Shown here one piece after another: positions 21,350 through 30,221 of a stretch of DNA of 64,000 nucleotides. Source of the DNA: Alkalispirochaeta sp. (GTDB taxonomy: Bacteria; Spirochaetota; Spirochaetia; DSM-27196; Alkalispirochaetaceae); contig OZ271854.1 in the NCBI GenBank assembly GCA_965601925.1, positions 4,512,001-4,576,000 of the forward strand, read 5' to 3'. The position numbers and the translations under genes were made by a program. Numbering within the stretch: the stretch's first letter is position 1; every line of letters starts with the position of its first letter. The notes under the pieces are model-generated. The model saw only the letters and a list, made by a program, of their open reading frames with translations, ran no database searches and was not told the DNA's origin.

Positions 21350-23434
21350 TCACTCGGGAGGGAAAAATCCAAGCTCGTCGCGTCCGCTGCGTACGAACAG
21401 TCGCGCCTCCACGGAGACGTCGATGTATCGTCGCCCGAAATCGGGATCCTGCATGGAGTCGAAGACGAGCCAATACCGCCCGCTCGGCGACGAAAGAAAG
21501 TCGGCTAACAGCGGCTCGAGCCCTTCGGGCTCGTAGAGAAACCGCACCGTACCGCCGGTCACCTCGACCAGATAATCGAGCTCGGCATCGGGCGTTCCGG
21601 GCCGCACGAGGACGAGGTGCAGCCGGATGCCGTTGTTCACCAAGAACGCCGCGAGTTCCTGCACGCCATACTCACGGAACGCGCGGTCGCCGAGGCGGCC
21701 GTCGCCCACGACGACGAGATTGCGTCTGAGGCCCCGTTCCAAGAGCTGCGCGGCACCAATGCGAATTCCCTCGTCGAGTCGAACTTCAGCGGGTGCTGCA
21801 AGGTCGTCACCGACGATCGACGAGCGCGCTGCGGCCGAAGAGAAACGTTCCGGCGAGGCGGGACGAGAGAGCAACAACTCGGTTTGCGCGCCGGCGCGAT
21901 AGAGCCACAATGAGTCGTCGGAGCCGCTGAGCTCGGCGAGATCTCCGACGGCGCGAGCGGCATCTACCGCATAGGTTTGACTCGAATGCGGCTGTAGAAG
22001 TATGACCGTATCGAGGCGCTGCGTTCGTTGGCCTCCCGATTCGATTGTCGCGTCGGGTCGCGGCACGCCGCGCTCGGAGACGATGAAGTTTTCTCGCTCG
22101 AGGCCGACCACCGGCGCGCCGTCGCGGTCGTGTACCGCCACCTGAAGCGCCACCCGGGGAAAATCCCGCGCAATGATCCGTTCGACCCGCACGTCGAGTC
22201 CGCTATACAGCGTACCCTCCGGCTCGAACACGCCTATTTCGTCGCTATCGAAATCGCTCACCAGTACGCGACCGTTGACGTCCAGTGTCGCCGAGCTGAC
22301 GCGCCGACGCTCCCCGTCGGTCACGACGGTCTCCACCGTCTCATTAAACGGGTCGAAGACGAGGACGCGATTCCCGGTCGCAATGAGCAGGCGATCGTCT
22401 CCGTACCAGTTAATATCTTCCAGAACGGCGCCGCTGATGCTGTCCGGAGACGCGTCGTCGCTATTCACGGGTAGGTCGATCCTCCGCCTATGGTTGCCGC
22501 TCTCGTCAAAGACGTGGAGCGCGACACCCTCCCCGTCGGCGTCGGCGACGTACACGAGCCCGCCCCGAGCCGCGACGCCGGTCGGTCGCTCCAGACCGGT
22601 GAAAAGGGGACCCGATGAGCCGAAGGAGAGCACGAAGGCACCGTCGCGGTCGAACTTGCTGATCCGGCGGTTACCCCACTCCGAGACGTAGACGAACTCG
22701 TCGTCCACCGAGAGATACTGCGGCCCCAAAAGCTCGCCCTCGCCGAGCCCGGTCGCGCCGAAGGTACGCACCTTGTTACCCCGCTCGTCGAGCACCGCGA
22801 CGCGATCGGCGCCGAACTCGCTTACGAACAACTCTCCATCGCGCCACGCGACGTCGAAGGGTTGGTCGAGTCCTTCGATCCCGCCTTGTAACCGTCGTAC
22901 GATTCTCCCGTTGGGGCCGATGCGCAGCACCTCCTGCGTGCCGAGGGAGACGGCAAAGATGTCGCCGTTGGGTTCGGCTTCGAGCCCGACGGGGCGCCGA
23001 AAGAGCCGAGCCTCGCCTTGGAGTCCGGACAGGAGCTGGGAGCGTACCAAGGTGAGATTCTCGTCCACAAAGGGAAGCAGTCCCTGTCGATATCGCAGCG
23101 TCTCCAGACGCGAGAGAAGATACGCCCCCACGGTGCCGGTCTCCGCGACGATATCCCATTCGGCAACCGCCGCGTCCTCGAATCCGCTGCGAAAATAGGC
23201 TCTCCCGAGCCACTCGCGGGAGAGAATGTCCTCGGGAGCGAACGCGAGTGCCCTGTTGAACGCCACGATCGCATCGTTGAAACGGGCGGCGTGGTATGCC
23301 TGTACGCCCCATCGAAACTCCTCGCGAGCCTGGGCGGCGTCCATGTCGATCGTCTGCGCCGCCACGACGGCGCCAGCGAGTATGAAGCCGAGGAGCGCGA
23401 TGGAACGCCGACCGCGCCGCGCTGCGAAGCTCAT
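21350..23434 (-). CDS. Exported TPR + NHL-repeat + vWA-like protein (BB0236/TP0421-like, possible flagellar collar component)
   Basis: Signal peptide, N-terminal TPRs, NHL repeats (LDQPFDVA, LLGPQYLS, LERPTGVA); position after surE-TPR matches recalled Treponema gene order. Confidence 0.65.
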   Translation of the reverse strand: MSFAARRGRRSIALLGFILAGAVVAAQTIDMDAAQAREEFRWGVQAYHAARFNDAIVAFNRALAFAPEDILSREWLGRAYFRSGFEDAAVAEWDIVAETGTVGAYLLSRLETLRYRQGLLPFVDENLTLVRSQLLSGLQGEARLFRRPVGLEAEPNGDIFAVSLGTQEVLRIGPNGRIVRRLQGGIEGLDQPFDVAWRDGELFVSEFGADRVAVLDERGNKVRTFGATGLGEGELLGPQYLSVDDEFVYVSEWGNRRISKFDRDGAFVLSFGSSGPLFTGLERPTGVAARGGLVYVADADGEGVALHVFDESGNHRRRIDLPVNSDDASPDSISGAVLEDINWYGDDRLLIATGNRVLVFDPFNETVETVVTDGERRRVSSATLDVNGRVLVSDFDSDEIGVFEPEGTLYSGLDVRVERIIARDFPRVALQVAVHDRDGAPVVGLERENFIVSERGVPRPDATIESGGQRTQRLDTVILLQPHSSQTYAVDAARAVGDLAELSGSDDSLWLYRAGAQTELLLSRPASPERFSSAAARSSIVGDDLAAPAEVRLDEGIRIGAAQLLERGLRRNLVVVGDGRLGDRAFREYGVQELAAFLVNNGIRLHLVLVRPGTPDAELDYLVEVTGGTVRFLYEPEGLEPLLADFLSSPSGRYWLVFDSMQDPDFGRRYIDVSVEARLFVRSGRDELGFFPPE

Positions 23435-24099
23435 ACCCGTACTCCCGCCGATCGAAGAAGTTCTTTGTAGTGACCTACAATCTCTTGTCGTCCCTGAGAG
23501 AGGCGAACGGCCTGTTCGTAGTATTCTTTGGACCGCTGCAAATTGCCCAAGCGACGGTGAACCAATGCGAGCGAATCGAGGTACGACGCGTTTTGCGGAA
23601 AGAGCGACGTTGCGCGTTCGCAGTACCGAAGCGCCGCATCGAGATTGATAGTGTTCTCCGCGAGAATAAATCCGAGAGAGTTGAGCGCGTTTGCGTTTTC
23701 CGGATCTATTTTGAGCGCTTTCTCGAGGTTGGCGATCGCCGGGGCGATTTTGCCCTGAGCGTGGACCGTATAGGCGAGCGCGGCGTACACCTTTGCCGAC
23801 TCGTATCCGTCCTCGAGAAGTCGATTGAGCTCGAACTCCGCCAGACGATAGCGCGCGCTGATCGCGTAGATGTACCCCATGATCATACGGCTCTGGTAGA
23901 TGTGCAGAAATCCGATATCGGAGTTGACCACCTGCTCCAAATAGAGCAACGCCTCATCGTGCTTCCCCATGTGGGTGTAACACAATCCTAAGTAGTAGCT
24001 CAGAGTCGCCTGATCTTCCTCGGAAGCGTGAATCGTGAGGAACACTTCCAACGCTTCCCGATATCGTCTTTGTCTGTAGAGCCTGATCCCTTCGTTCAT
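23431..24099 (-). CDS. Tetratricopeptide repeat protein
   Basis: Several TPR motifs (YYLGLCY, ALNSLGF, YLDSLA); ATG 2 nt after surE stop. Confidence 0.85.
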   Translation of the reverse strand: MNEGIRLYRQRRYREALEVFLTIHASEEDQATLSYYLGLCYTHMGKHDEALLYLEQVVNSDIGFLHIYQSRMIMGYIYAISARYRLAEFELNRLLEDGYESAKVYAALAYTVHAQGKIAPAIANLEKALKIDPENANALNSLGFILAENTINLDAALRYCERATSLFPQNASYLDSLALVHRRLGNLQRSKEYYEQAVRLSQGRQEIVGHYKELLRSAGVRV

Positions 24100-24101
24100 C
24101 G

Positions 24102-24842
24102 CTACCGTACGAAAGATGAGCTCCGATAATGCTCCTCTACCGTATGATTGATCGGATTGAGCATAATCGGACTCACCGAAATTCGCCCCTCCTCGACCGC
24201 GTGCCAATCGGTGCCCGCCTCCAGCGTCGTGGCGGCCGGCTTGCCGTCTACAAAATAGTAGGTTCCACCCCGAGGCGGTTCAAAGGGTAGAAGCGTGTCG
24301 TCATAGCGGCGCATTGACGGAGTCGTTATCGATACACCCAGCGGCTCGCCGAGATTGGGAGCGTTCACATTGATGAAATGGTCGCCGTTCCAGAGCGCGA
24401 TTAACTCGTTCACATTCTCGTGGACGAATCGCGCAACGGGCTCGAAATGGAGCGGCGCGTGAAACGAGTTGAGAGAGACCGCGATACCGGGAATTTCGCG
24501 ATAGGCGGCTTGCCGCGCTGCGGCGCACGTACCCGAGTAAATGATATCGGAGCCGAGATTTGGACCGATGTTGATGCCCGAAACGACCAAATCGGGCATG
24601 ACCGGAATCGCGCCCCGGGTCGCCAGAATGACGCAATCGGCCGGAGTGCCGCTCGAGGCGTAGGTACGCTCCGCGACTTGGGTACACCGTATCGGTTCGG
24701 AAATCGTAATACTGTTGGAAAACCCGCTCCGTTCACCGTCTGGGGCGAGAATCCAAACGTCGTGATCCTTGGAAAACTCCTCTTCCAGAGCTTTCAATCC
24801 GGGGCTATATATTCCGTCGTCGTTCGTCAAAAGAATGGTCAC
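24102..24842 (-). CDS. surE: 5'/3'-nucleotidase SurE
   Basis: ILLTNDDG, SGTPADCV, VSGINIGPNLG, YSGT; GTG start. Confidence 0.95.
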   Translation of the reverse strand: MTILLTNDDGIYSPGLKALEEEFSKDHDVWILAPDGERSGFSNSITISEPIRCTQVAERTYASSGTPADCVILATRGAIPVMPDLVVSGINIGPNLGSDIIYSGTCAAARQAAYREIPGIAVSLNSFHAPLHFEPVARFVHENVNELIALWNGDHFINVNAPNLGEPLGVSITTPSMRRYDDTLLPFEPPRGGTYYFVDGKPAATTLEAGTDWHAVEEGRISVSPIMLNPINHTVEEHYRSSSFVR

Positions 24843-24848
24843 GCCCCG

Positions 24849-24877
24849 ACTGTAGCACCGAGAAATGGGCGTGTCAA
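24849..24877 (-). promoter_or_regulatory. Sigma70 promoter of surE (leaderless geometry)
   Basis: TTGACA-17-TACAGT with TG extension, 6 nt before GTG. Confidence 0.7.
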
Positions 24878-24927
24878 AGGTCGAGCGAGCATACACATTC
24901 GCACGTCTGTAGGGTATCATCGCGCAC

Positions 24928-26595
24928 GTGAACCTCCTACTGACCCTCGCATCGGCGGTAGTCCTGGCCGCCTCGCTTCCCAATGAGTTATTTCCGTGGG
25001 GAGTAACGCTGACGGGACTGGTATCGCTGGCACCGATACTCCTCGTCGTGTATCGCGCGCCGGACCGACGTAGCGCCTGTCGATGGGGTGCTCTTTTCGG
25101 CGCCGTAAGCACCGCGTTGGCCAACTATTGGCTCGCATTCTTCGGTGATTTTGCGGTATGGACGATCGGTGGCCCGATTATCGGATACACGGTGTACAAC
25201 TACATCTTGTTCGGATTTCTCTACGCTATCGTACACCCGACCGCGGCGCGCTACGAGCCGCGTCTCCTCATAGCGGCGAGCCGTCGCGATATGCGCCCGT
25301 TGAAGATCGCCGTCGCGTGGACCGGATATGAGTTACTGAAGTCCGTCGGATTTCTCGGATATCCGTGGGGCCTCATCGCCTATCCGTTGGCCCGCTGGAA
25401 TGCGGTGGCGCAGATCGCCGAGTTGGGCGGCGTGTGGGGCCTCTCATTTCTCGCCGCATACACGAACGCCGCGGTGGCCGAAATCGTCGCCGCACGGGAC
25501 ACCCCGCATGGTGCGGATCCCCGGGAGCGGCTCGCGGCGGTCGGTCGCATAGTTCGTAAACGCGAACGAGGCCTGAACGGAGCGGCGCCCGACACACACG
25601 GCATACTTCATCTCGCGGCCTCGGTCCTCCTCATCGTGTCGGCCGGTGTGTTCGGTGTGTCGCGGTTGTCGCGTATCGAGCCGGTGGATACGATCGATCT
25701 CGTCCTGGTACAACAGAATACCGACAGTTGGCTTCCCGGCCGCTTCGCCGACGCCCTCGAGACGGCCCAGCGACTCACACTCTCTGCGCTTGCCGAGAGT
25801 GAACGATACCCCGAGGCGGTGGTGTGGAGCGAGACGGCCCTACGACGTCCCTATGCGGGGCCGAGCGAGTTCTACCGTACGACACCGCCCGACCTGCCCT
25901 TCACCGATTTTCTCTCGCTGGTGAACCTACCTCTCGTCACCGGTGCACCGATGCCGGCGGGCATAGGCAGCACGGACGCCCTTAACAGCGCCATCGTGAT
26001 CGAGCCGTCGGGCGAGCTCACGGGAATGTACGGCAAGCAGCAACTGGTACCGTTTGCCGAATCGATTCCGTTCTGGGATCGTCCGGTGGTGCAACGGTTC
26101 TTTCGGGAGGTCGTCGGGCTCCACGGAACGTGGGTTCCCGGCAGAGAGAGCTCGCTGCTTACGGTTCGTCGCGCCGACGGCACGACGCTGCTGATCGGGA
26201 CGCCGATCTGTTTTGAGGATGCCTTCGGCTGGGTACCCAGAGAGATGACGCGGCGCGGCGCGCACCTTCTGGTAAACCTGACGAACAACTCCTGGAGCCG
26301 CCAAAACTCGGCGCAAACGCAACATTTCGTCGCGGCCCGCCTGCGAACGATCGAGTTGCGGACCAGCTTGGTACGGGGCACGAACAGCGGGTTGTCGACG
26401 GTCGTTGATGCCCGCGGCGTCGAGTCGCAGAGCTTGCCGATGTTCGAGAGCACCTCGTCGGTGATCACCGTTCCGCTATATGCGACTCACCGGACGCTCT
26501 ACTCCGCATGGGGAGACTGGCTCGGGTGGGTAGCGGTCATACTGACGTTTGGAGGCGTGATACGAGGCGCCTTCGTTCGCAAGCGCGCTCGCTAA
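24928..26595 (+). CDS. lnt: Apolipoprotein N-acyltransferase (paralogue 1)
   Basis: GYPWG, QQN, WSE(T), K..LVPFAE, ICFED nitrilase triad, NLTNN. Confidence 0.92.
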   Translation: MNLLLTLASAVVLAASLPNELFPWGVTLTGLVSLAPILLVVYRAPDRRSACRWGALFGAVSTALANYWLAFFGDFAVWTIGGPIIGYTVYNYILFGFLYAIVHPTAARYEPRLLIAASRRDMRPLKIAVAWTGYELLKSVGFLGYPWGLIAYPLARWNAVAQIAELGGVWGLSFLAAYTNAAVAEIVAARDTPHGADPRERLAAVGRIVRKRERGLNGAAPDTHGILHLAASVLLIVSAGVFGVSRLSRIEPVDTIDLVLVQQNTDSWLPGRFADALETAQRLTLSALAESERYPEAVVWSETALRRPYAGPSEFYRTTPPDLPFTDFLSLVNLPLVTGAPMPAGIGSTDALNSAIVIEPSGELTGMYGKQQLVPFAESIPFWDRPVVQRFFREVVGLHGTWVPGRESSLLTVRRADGTTLLIGTPICFEDAFGWVPREMTRRGAHLLVNLTNNSWSRQNSAQTQHFVAARLRTIELRTSLVRGTNSGLSTVVDARGVESQSLPMFESTSSVITVPLYATHRTLYSAWGDWLGWVAVILTFGGVIRGAFVRKRAR

Positions 26596-26608
26596 AGGGG
26601 TGGGACCC

Positions 26609-26637
26609 AAAAAAAAGCCGCCGAAAGAATCGGCGGC
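26609..26637 (-). terminator. Intrinsic terminator after rpmE2
   Basis: GCCGCCGA-5nt-TCGGCGGC stem followed by T8 on minus strand. Confidence 0.85.
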
Positions 26638-26646
26638 TCGGTTCGA

Positions 26647-26892
26647 CTAACCCTTGATATTGTACTTGCGGCGGAATCGCTCGACACGACCTGCGGTGTC
26701 GACGAGTTTCTGCTTTCCGGTATAGAAGGGGTGCGACGCGCTGGAAATCTCAACGTCGAACAGCGGATACTCGTTGCCGTCGGTGTATTTGACCGTCTGC
26801 TTCGTCGCGACGGTGCTCTGGGTCAGAAACATGGTACCACTCGCGGTATCGCGAAACACCACGGGACGATAGTCCGGATGGATGTCTTTCAT
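26647..26892 (-). CDS. rpmE2: 50S ribosomal protein L31 type B
   Basis: [29 protein letters not shown]; no Zn cysteines; SD GGAGG. Confidence 0.95.
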   Translation of the reverse strand: MKDIHPDYRPVVFRDTASGTMFLTQSTVATKQTVKYTDGNEYPLFDVEISSASHPFYTGKQKLVDTAGRVERFRRKYNIKG

Positions 26893-26908
26893 AATCTCCT
26901 CCACGTGC

Positions 26909-28498
26909 TCAGTCGGCGCTCGATGTATTCATAGACTGCAAGAAGTCGGCATTATTCCGACTCTTGCTCATTCTGTCAAGGAGCAGCTCGATGATCTCCA
27001 CGTCGTCCATCGGATTGACGACCTTGCGCAGCACCCACATTTTACGCAGCTCCTCTGACATCAACAAGAGATCCTCTCGCCGCGTGCCCGATTTTTTGAT
27101 GTTAATGGCGGGGAAGATGCGCCGGTCGGATAGGCGCCGGTCGAGGTTGATCTCCATATTGCCGGTACCCTTGAACTCCTCGAAGATGACCTCGTCCATG
27201 CGGCTTCCGGTCTCGATGAGCGCCGTAGCGACGATCGTTAAGCTACCGCCGTCCTCGATATTGCGCGCCGCGCCGAAGAAACGCTTGGGTTTGTGCAGCG
27301 CGTTGGAGTCGACACCGCCGGAGAGAATCTTACCGGACGTCGGTACCGTTTGGTTATAGGCGCGCGCGAGACGCGTGATCGAGTCGAGGAGAATTACCAC
27401 GTCTTTGCGATGCTCAACCAATCGCCGACTCTTCTCCAGGACCATCTCCGCCACTTGAACGTGACGCTGCGCCTGCTCATCGAAGGTTGAGGCGATCACC
27501 TCCGCCTTAACGTTGCGCTCCATATCGGTGACCTCCTCGGGCCGCTCGTCGATAAGAAGGACGATGAGATAGACCTCGGGATGGTTCTCGGTAATCGCAT
27601 TGGCAATCTTCTGCAGGAGAATCGTCTTACCGGTTCGCGGCGGCGAGACGATCAGACCGCGCTGCCCCTTACCGATCGGACAAAAGAGATTGATCATGCG
27701 CGTCGACGGATCGCCGCTCTTGGTCTCCATATCCAAACGGTGATCGGGATATAGCGGCGTCAAATTGTCAAACGGAATCCGCGTCTGGGCGACCGTCGGA
27801 TGGTCGAAGTTAACGCTCTCTACCCGCAGCATGGCGAAAAATCGTTCACCCTCTTTGGGCGGCCGTATTTGACCGTAGACCGTGTCACCCGTCTTCAGGT
27901 TGAAGAGACGAATCTGAGACGGCGAAATGTAGATATCGTCGGGCCCTGAAAGGTACGAGTTTTGCGGGCTGCGCAGAAAGCCGTACCCGTCGGGAAGAAT
28001 CTCCAGAGAGCCGTAGGCGTAAATCGTCCCGTTGCGTTCGGTGTGGGCCTTGAGGATCGCAAAAATCACCTCTTGCTTCTTCAGCGAGAGGAGATTTTCC
28101 GTTGCGATACCCATATCGGCGGCGAGCTCACGCAGACGCTTCATGCTCATGATGGTGAGCTCGTTGATGCTCAGACTCTTGTCGTCCTTCAGATGGGAAA
28201 AATCGATGGAAACCGAGCCGTCTTCGCCCGCGGGCTGCTTCTTGTCTCCGTCGGGGGCGCCGCCGCGACGATCGGCGACGGCGGTCGTTTGACGGTTGCC
28301 GTTACGATCGCCGGCGGCATCGCCGTCCTTTACCAACGCGACGCGGACGCGCTTCTTCTTGGGAGCACGCCACCCCGGAGGACGGGTCTTTCCCGACTCA
28401 GTTTTTCCCGTATTGGTAGTTCCCGTTTCGGGAGTACCATTATTGCTACTTTTGTCCGTGTTGTTCTCGGTGGCTTGCTGTTCACCATTATCTGACAT
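26909..28498 (-). CDS. rho: Transcription termination factor Rho
   Basis: [45 protein letters not shown]. Confidence 0.98.
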   Translation of the reverse strand: MSDNGEQQATENNTDKSSNNGTPETGTTNTGKTESGKTRPPGWRAPKKKRVRVALVKDGDAAGDRNGNRQTTAVADRRGGAPDGDKKQPAGEDGSVSIDFSHLKDDKSLSINELTIMSMKRLRELAADMGIATENLLSLKKQEVIFAILKAHTERNGTIYAYGSLEILPDGYGFLRSPQNSYLSGPDDIYISPSQIRLFNLKTGDTVYGQIRPPKEGERFFAMLRVESVNFDHPTVAQTRIPFDNLTPLYPDHRLDMETKSGDPSTRMINLFCPIGKGQRGLIVSPPRTGKTILLQKIANAITENHPEVYLIVLLIDERPEEVTDMERNVKAEVIASTFDEQAQRHVQVAEMVLEKSRRLVEHRKDVVILLDSITRLARAYNQTVPTSGKILSGGVDSNALHKPKRFFGAARNIEDGGSLTIVATALIETGSRMDEVIFEEFKGTGNMEINLDRRLSDRRIFPAINIKKSGTRREDLLLMSEELRKMWVLRKVVNPMDDVEIIELLLDRMSKSRNNADFLQSMNTSSAD

Positions 28499-28611
28499 GG
28501 ATGACTCCAGAATGAGTGTGGCCTCAGGACCGGTTTATTTATTTAGAACGGGCTGCGTAAGCCGAAGAGAGCTATACAACTATCTTGGTCACGTTTGTTT
28601 GCAGGACCCTA

Positions 28612-28640
28612 ACTATATCTTTCCGTCAAAGTACTGTCAA
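28612..28640 (-). promoter_or_regulatory. Sigma70 promoter of rho
   Basis: TTGACA-17-TATAGT, giving a leader of about 105 nt. Confidence 0.75.
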
Positions 28641-28742
28641 GCGCAAGTGCCGGACAATAAAAAAAGCAGAACTAATACAAAAAAATGCTTTGAGGTGCGC
28701 GATCCGCCGACGTATCCGAACCGACGCACCGCGCTGCGGGCC

Positions 28743-29189
28743 TCACGATCCGCCTTCATGCCCGGCGCTCATCTCGATGGCGGGATTCGCCTGACGCCGC
28801 AGTTGATCGAGGGGCGCCGAAAAGACGTCCAGCGACTCACCGTTGCGCAGCATCTCGCACCGCCCTTCGAAGACGACGCCGTCGGCGATGCGTACGCGAC
28901 CCGCCCGTACGTTACCGTGCACGACGCAGCCCGGAAGCATCTCGACCTCTTCGGGCGCCTCGATATTCCCGTGGACGGTCCCGCCGACGATGATTCGTCG
29001 AGCGCGAACGTTTGCGTTTACTCGTGCACCGTCTTGGATGTAGAGGAACCCTTCGGCCTCTATCTCGCCCTCGTACTCTCCGCTTACCGTAACCGATCCC
29101 TTGAAACGCAACGTTCCCGAGAAACGCGTTCCCGACCCGAGTCGGCTGTCGGTCTGCTCGATCGATCGAGGATCAATGTGATACGCCAT
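28743..29189 (-). CDS. Bactofilin (polymer-forming cytoskeletal protein)
   Basis: Gly-rich beta-helix repeats (GTRFSGTLRF, GTVHGNIEA, GVVFEGRC). Confidence 0.9.
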   Translation of the reverse strand: MAYHIDPRSIEQTDSRLGSGTRFSGTLRFKGSVTVSGEYEGEIEAEGFLYIQDGARVNANVRARRIIVGGTVHGNIEAPEEVEMLPGCVVHGNVRAGRVRIADGVVFEGRCEMLRNGESLDVFSAPLDQLRRQANPAIEMSAGHEGGS

Positions 29190-29202
29190 GCGTCTTTACG
29201 CC

Positions 29203-29424
29203 CTACTTTGTGGTCATGACGAACACGCCGTCCCAATCCTCCGGCGGAGGATTATCGATATAGTGTTTGCAACGCGCGTAGTAGACTTTGGACGGCCCGT
29301 CGTCCTTGTCGATCTTGAGCGCCTGAACGAACTGTTTCTGCGCCTCTTCGAACTGCATGAGCTTGTAGAGCTTCCGCCCTCTGGCAAAGAGATCCAGTAC
29401 GCGTTTCTTATCCTCGCTAACCAT
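29203..29424 (-). CDS. Small TPR protein resembling the C-terminal tail of class III nucleotide cyclases
   Basis: FEEA...AL...D.PS..Y..RC...PPEDWDGVFVMTTK; SD AAGGA. Confidence 0.7.
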   Translation of the reverse strand: MVSEDKKRVLDLFARGRKLYKLMQFEEAQKQFVQALKIDKDDGPSKVYYARCKHYIDNPPPEDWDGVFVMTTK

Positions 29425-30160
29425 TGCCGTTTTCCTTGGACGTCATGAGCGTCGCCGCCGCGTGCTTGCGAAACTTGCTCTCCAGATCCTCGAGAGAGAG
29501 CTCCTTGGCCTTCAACTCGTCTTCTTGACTCTGTAGCTCGTTTACCTCTTCATCGAGTCCCTCGACGGTAGCGAGGGTTCTCCCGGTCTCGTGAACGATG
29601 AGATCCACGAGTTCGGCGACGGCGTGGTGATCGTCGACGTTCAGATCTTTGGCGACGGCGCGCAGCTTCTCCATCGGCTCTTTAATATGACGGGTGAAGT
29701 AGATGAGCGAACTGTTGAGCGACTCGACGAGGGCGAGCCGCCGTTCCCTTCGGATGACCTGGCGCGACAGCTCCCGCTGACGGAGTACCGCCTGGATGCG
29801 CGCCAACACTTCCGAGAAATTGAACGGCTTTGTGATGTAGTCCTCGATACCGAGTTCGAAACCCTCGACCTTGTCCTGTACGTCGTCCATAGCGGAAAAC
29901 ATGATGATCGGCGTCGCGGCGACATCGCGATACGCCTCGTCCTGTTTTACCAGTCGCGTGATTTCCCATCCGGTCTTGCCGGGAAGGATGTTATCCAAGA
30001 GGACCAAGTCGGGTTTCTCGTCCGCGATACGCTCAAGCGCGGTATCACCGTCACCGGCGGTCGATACGTCATAGCCGAGTCGGGAAAGCATTACCTGGAA
30101 AAATTCAACGTTGATGTGTTCGTCGTCGACAACCAGAATTTTCGGTGCAGTCTGTGACAT
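29417..30160 (-). CDS. Response regulator: receiver domain plus helical C-terminal domain
   Basis: ILVVDDE, LVLLDNILPG, YITKPF; coiled-coil tail without DNA-binding or catalytic domain. Confidence 0.85.
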   Translation of the reverse strand: MSQTAPKILVVDDEHINVEFFQVMLSRLGYDVSTAGDGDTALERIADEKPDLVLLDNILPGKTGWEITRLVKQDEAYRDVAATPIIMFSAMDDVQDKVEGFELGIEDYITKPFNFSEVLARIQAVLRQRELSRQVIRRERRLALVESLNSSLIYFTRHIKEPMEKLRAVAKDLNVDDHHAVAELVDLIVHETGRTLATVEGLDEEVNELQSQEDELKAKELSLEDLESKFRKHAAATLMTSKENGNG

Positions 30161-30221
30161 ACGCGTATTTTCTTATGCAGTCGCGAGTTTTGTCAATTGA
30201 ACGAAGGGACGGGAACGCGCG

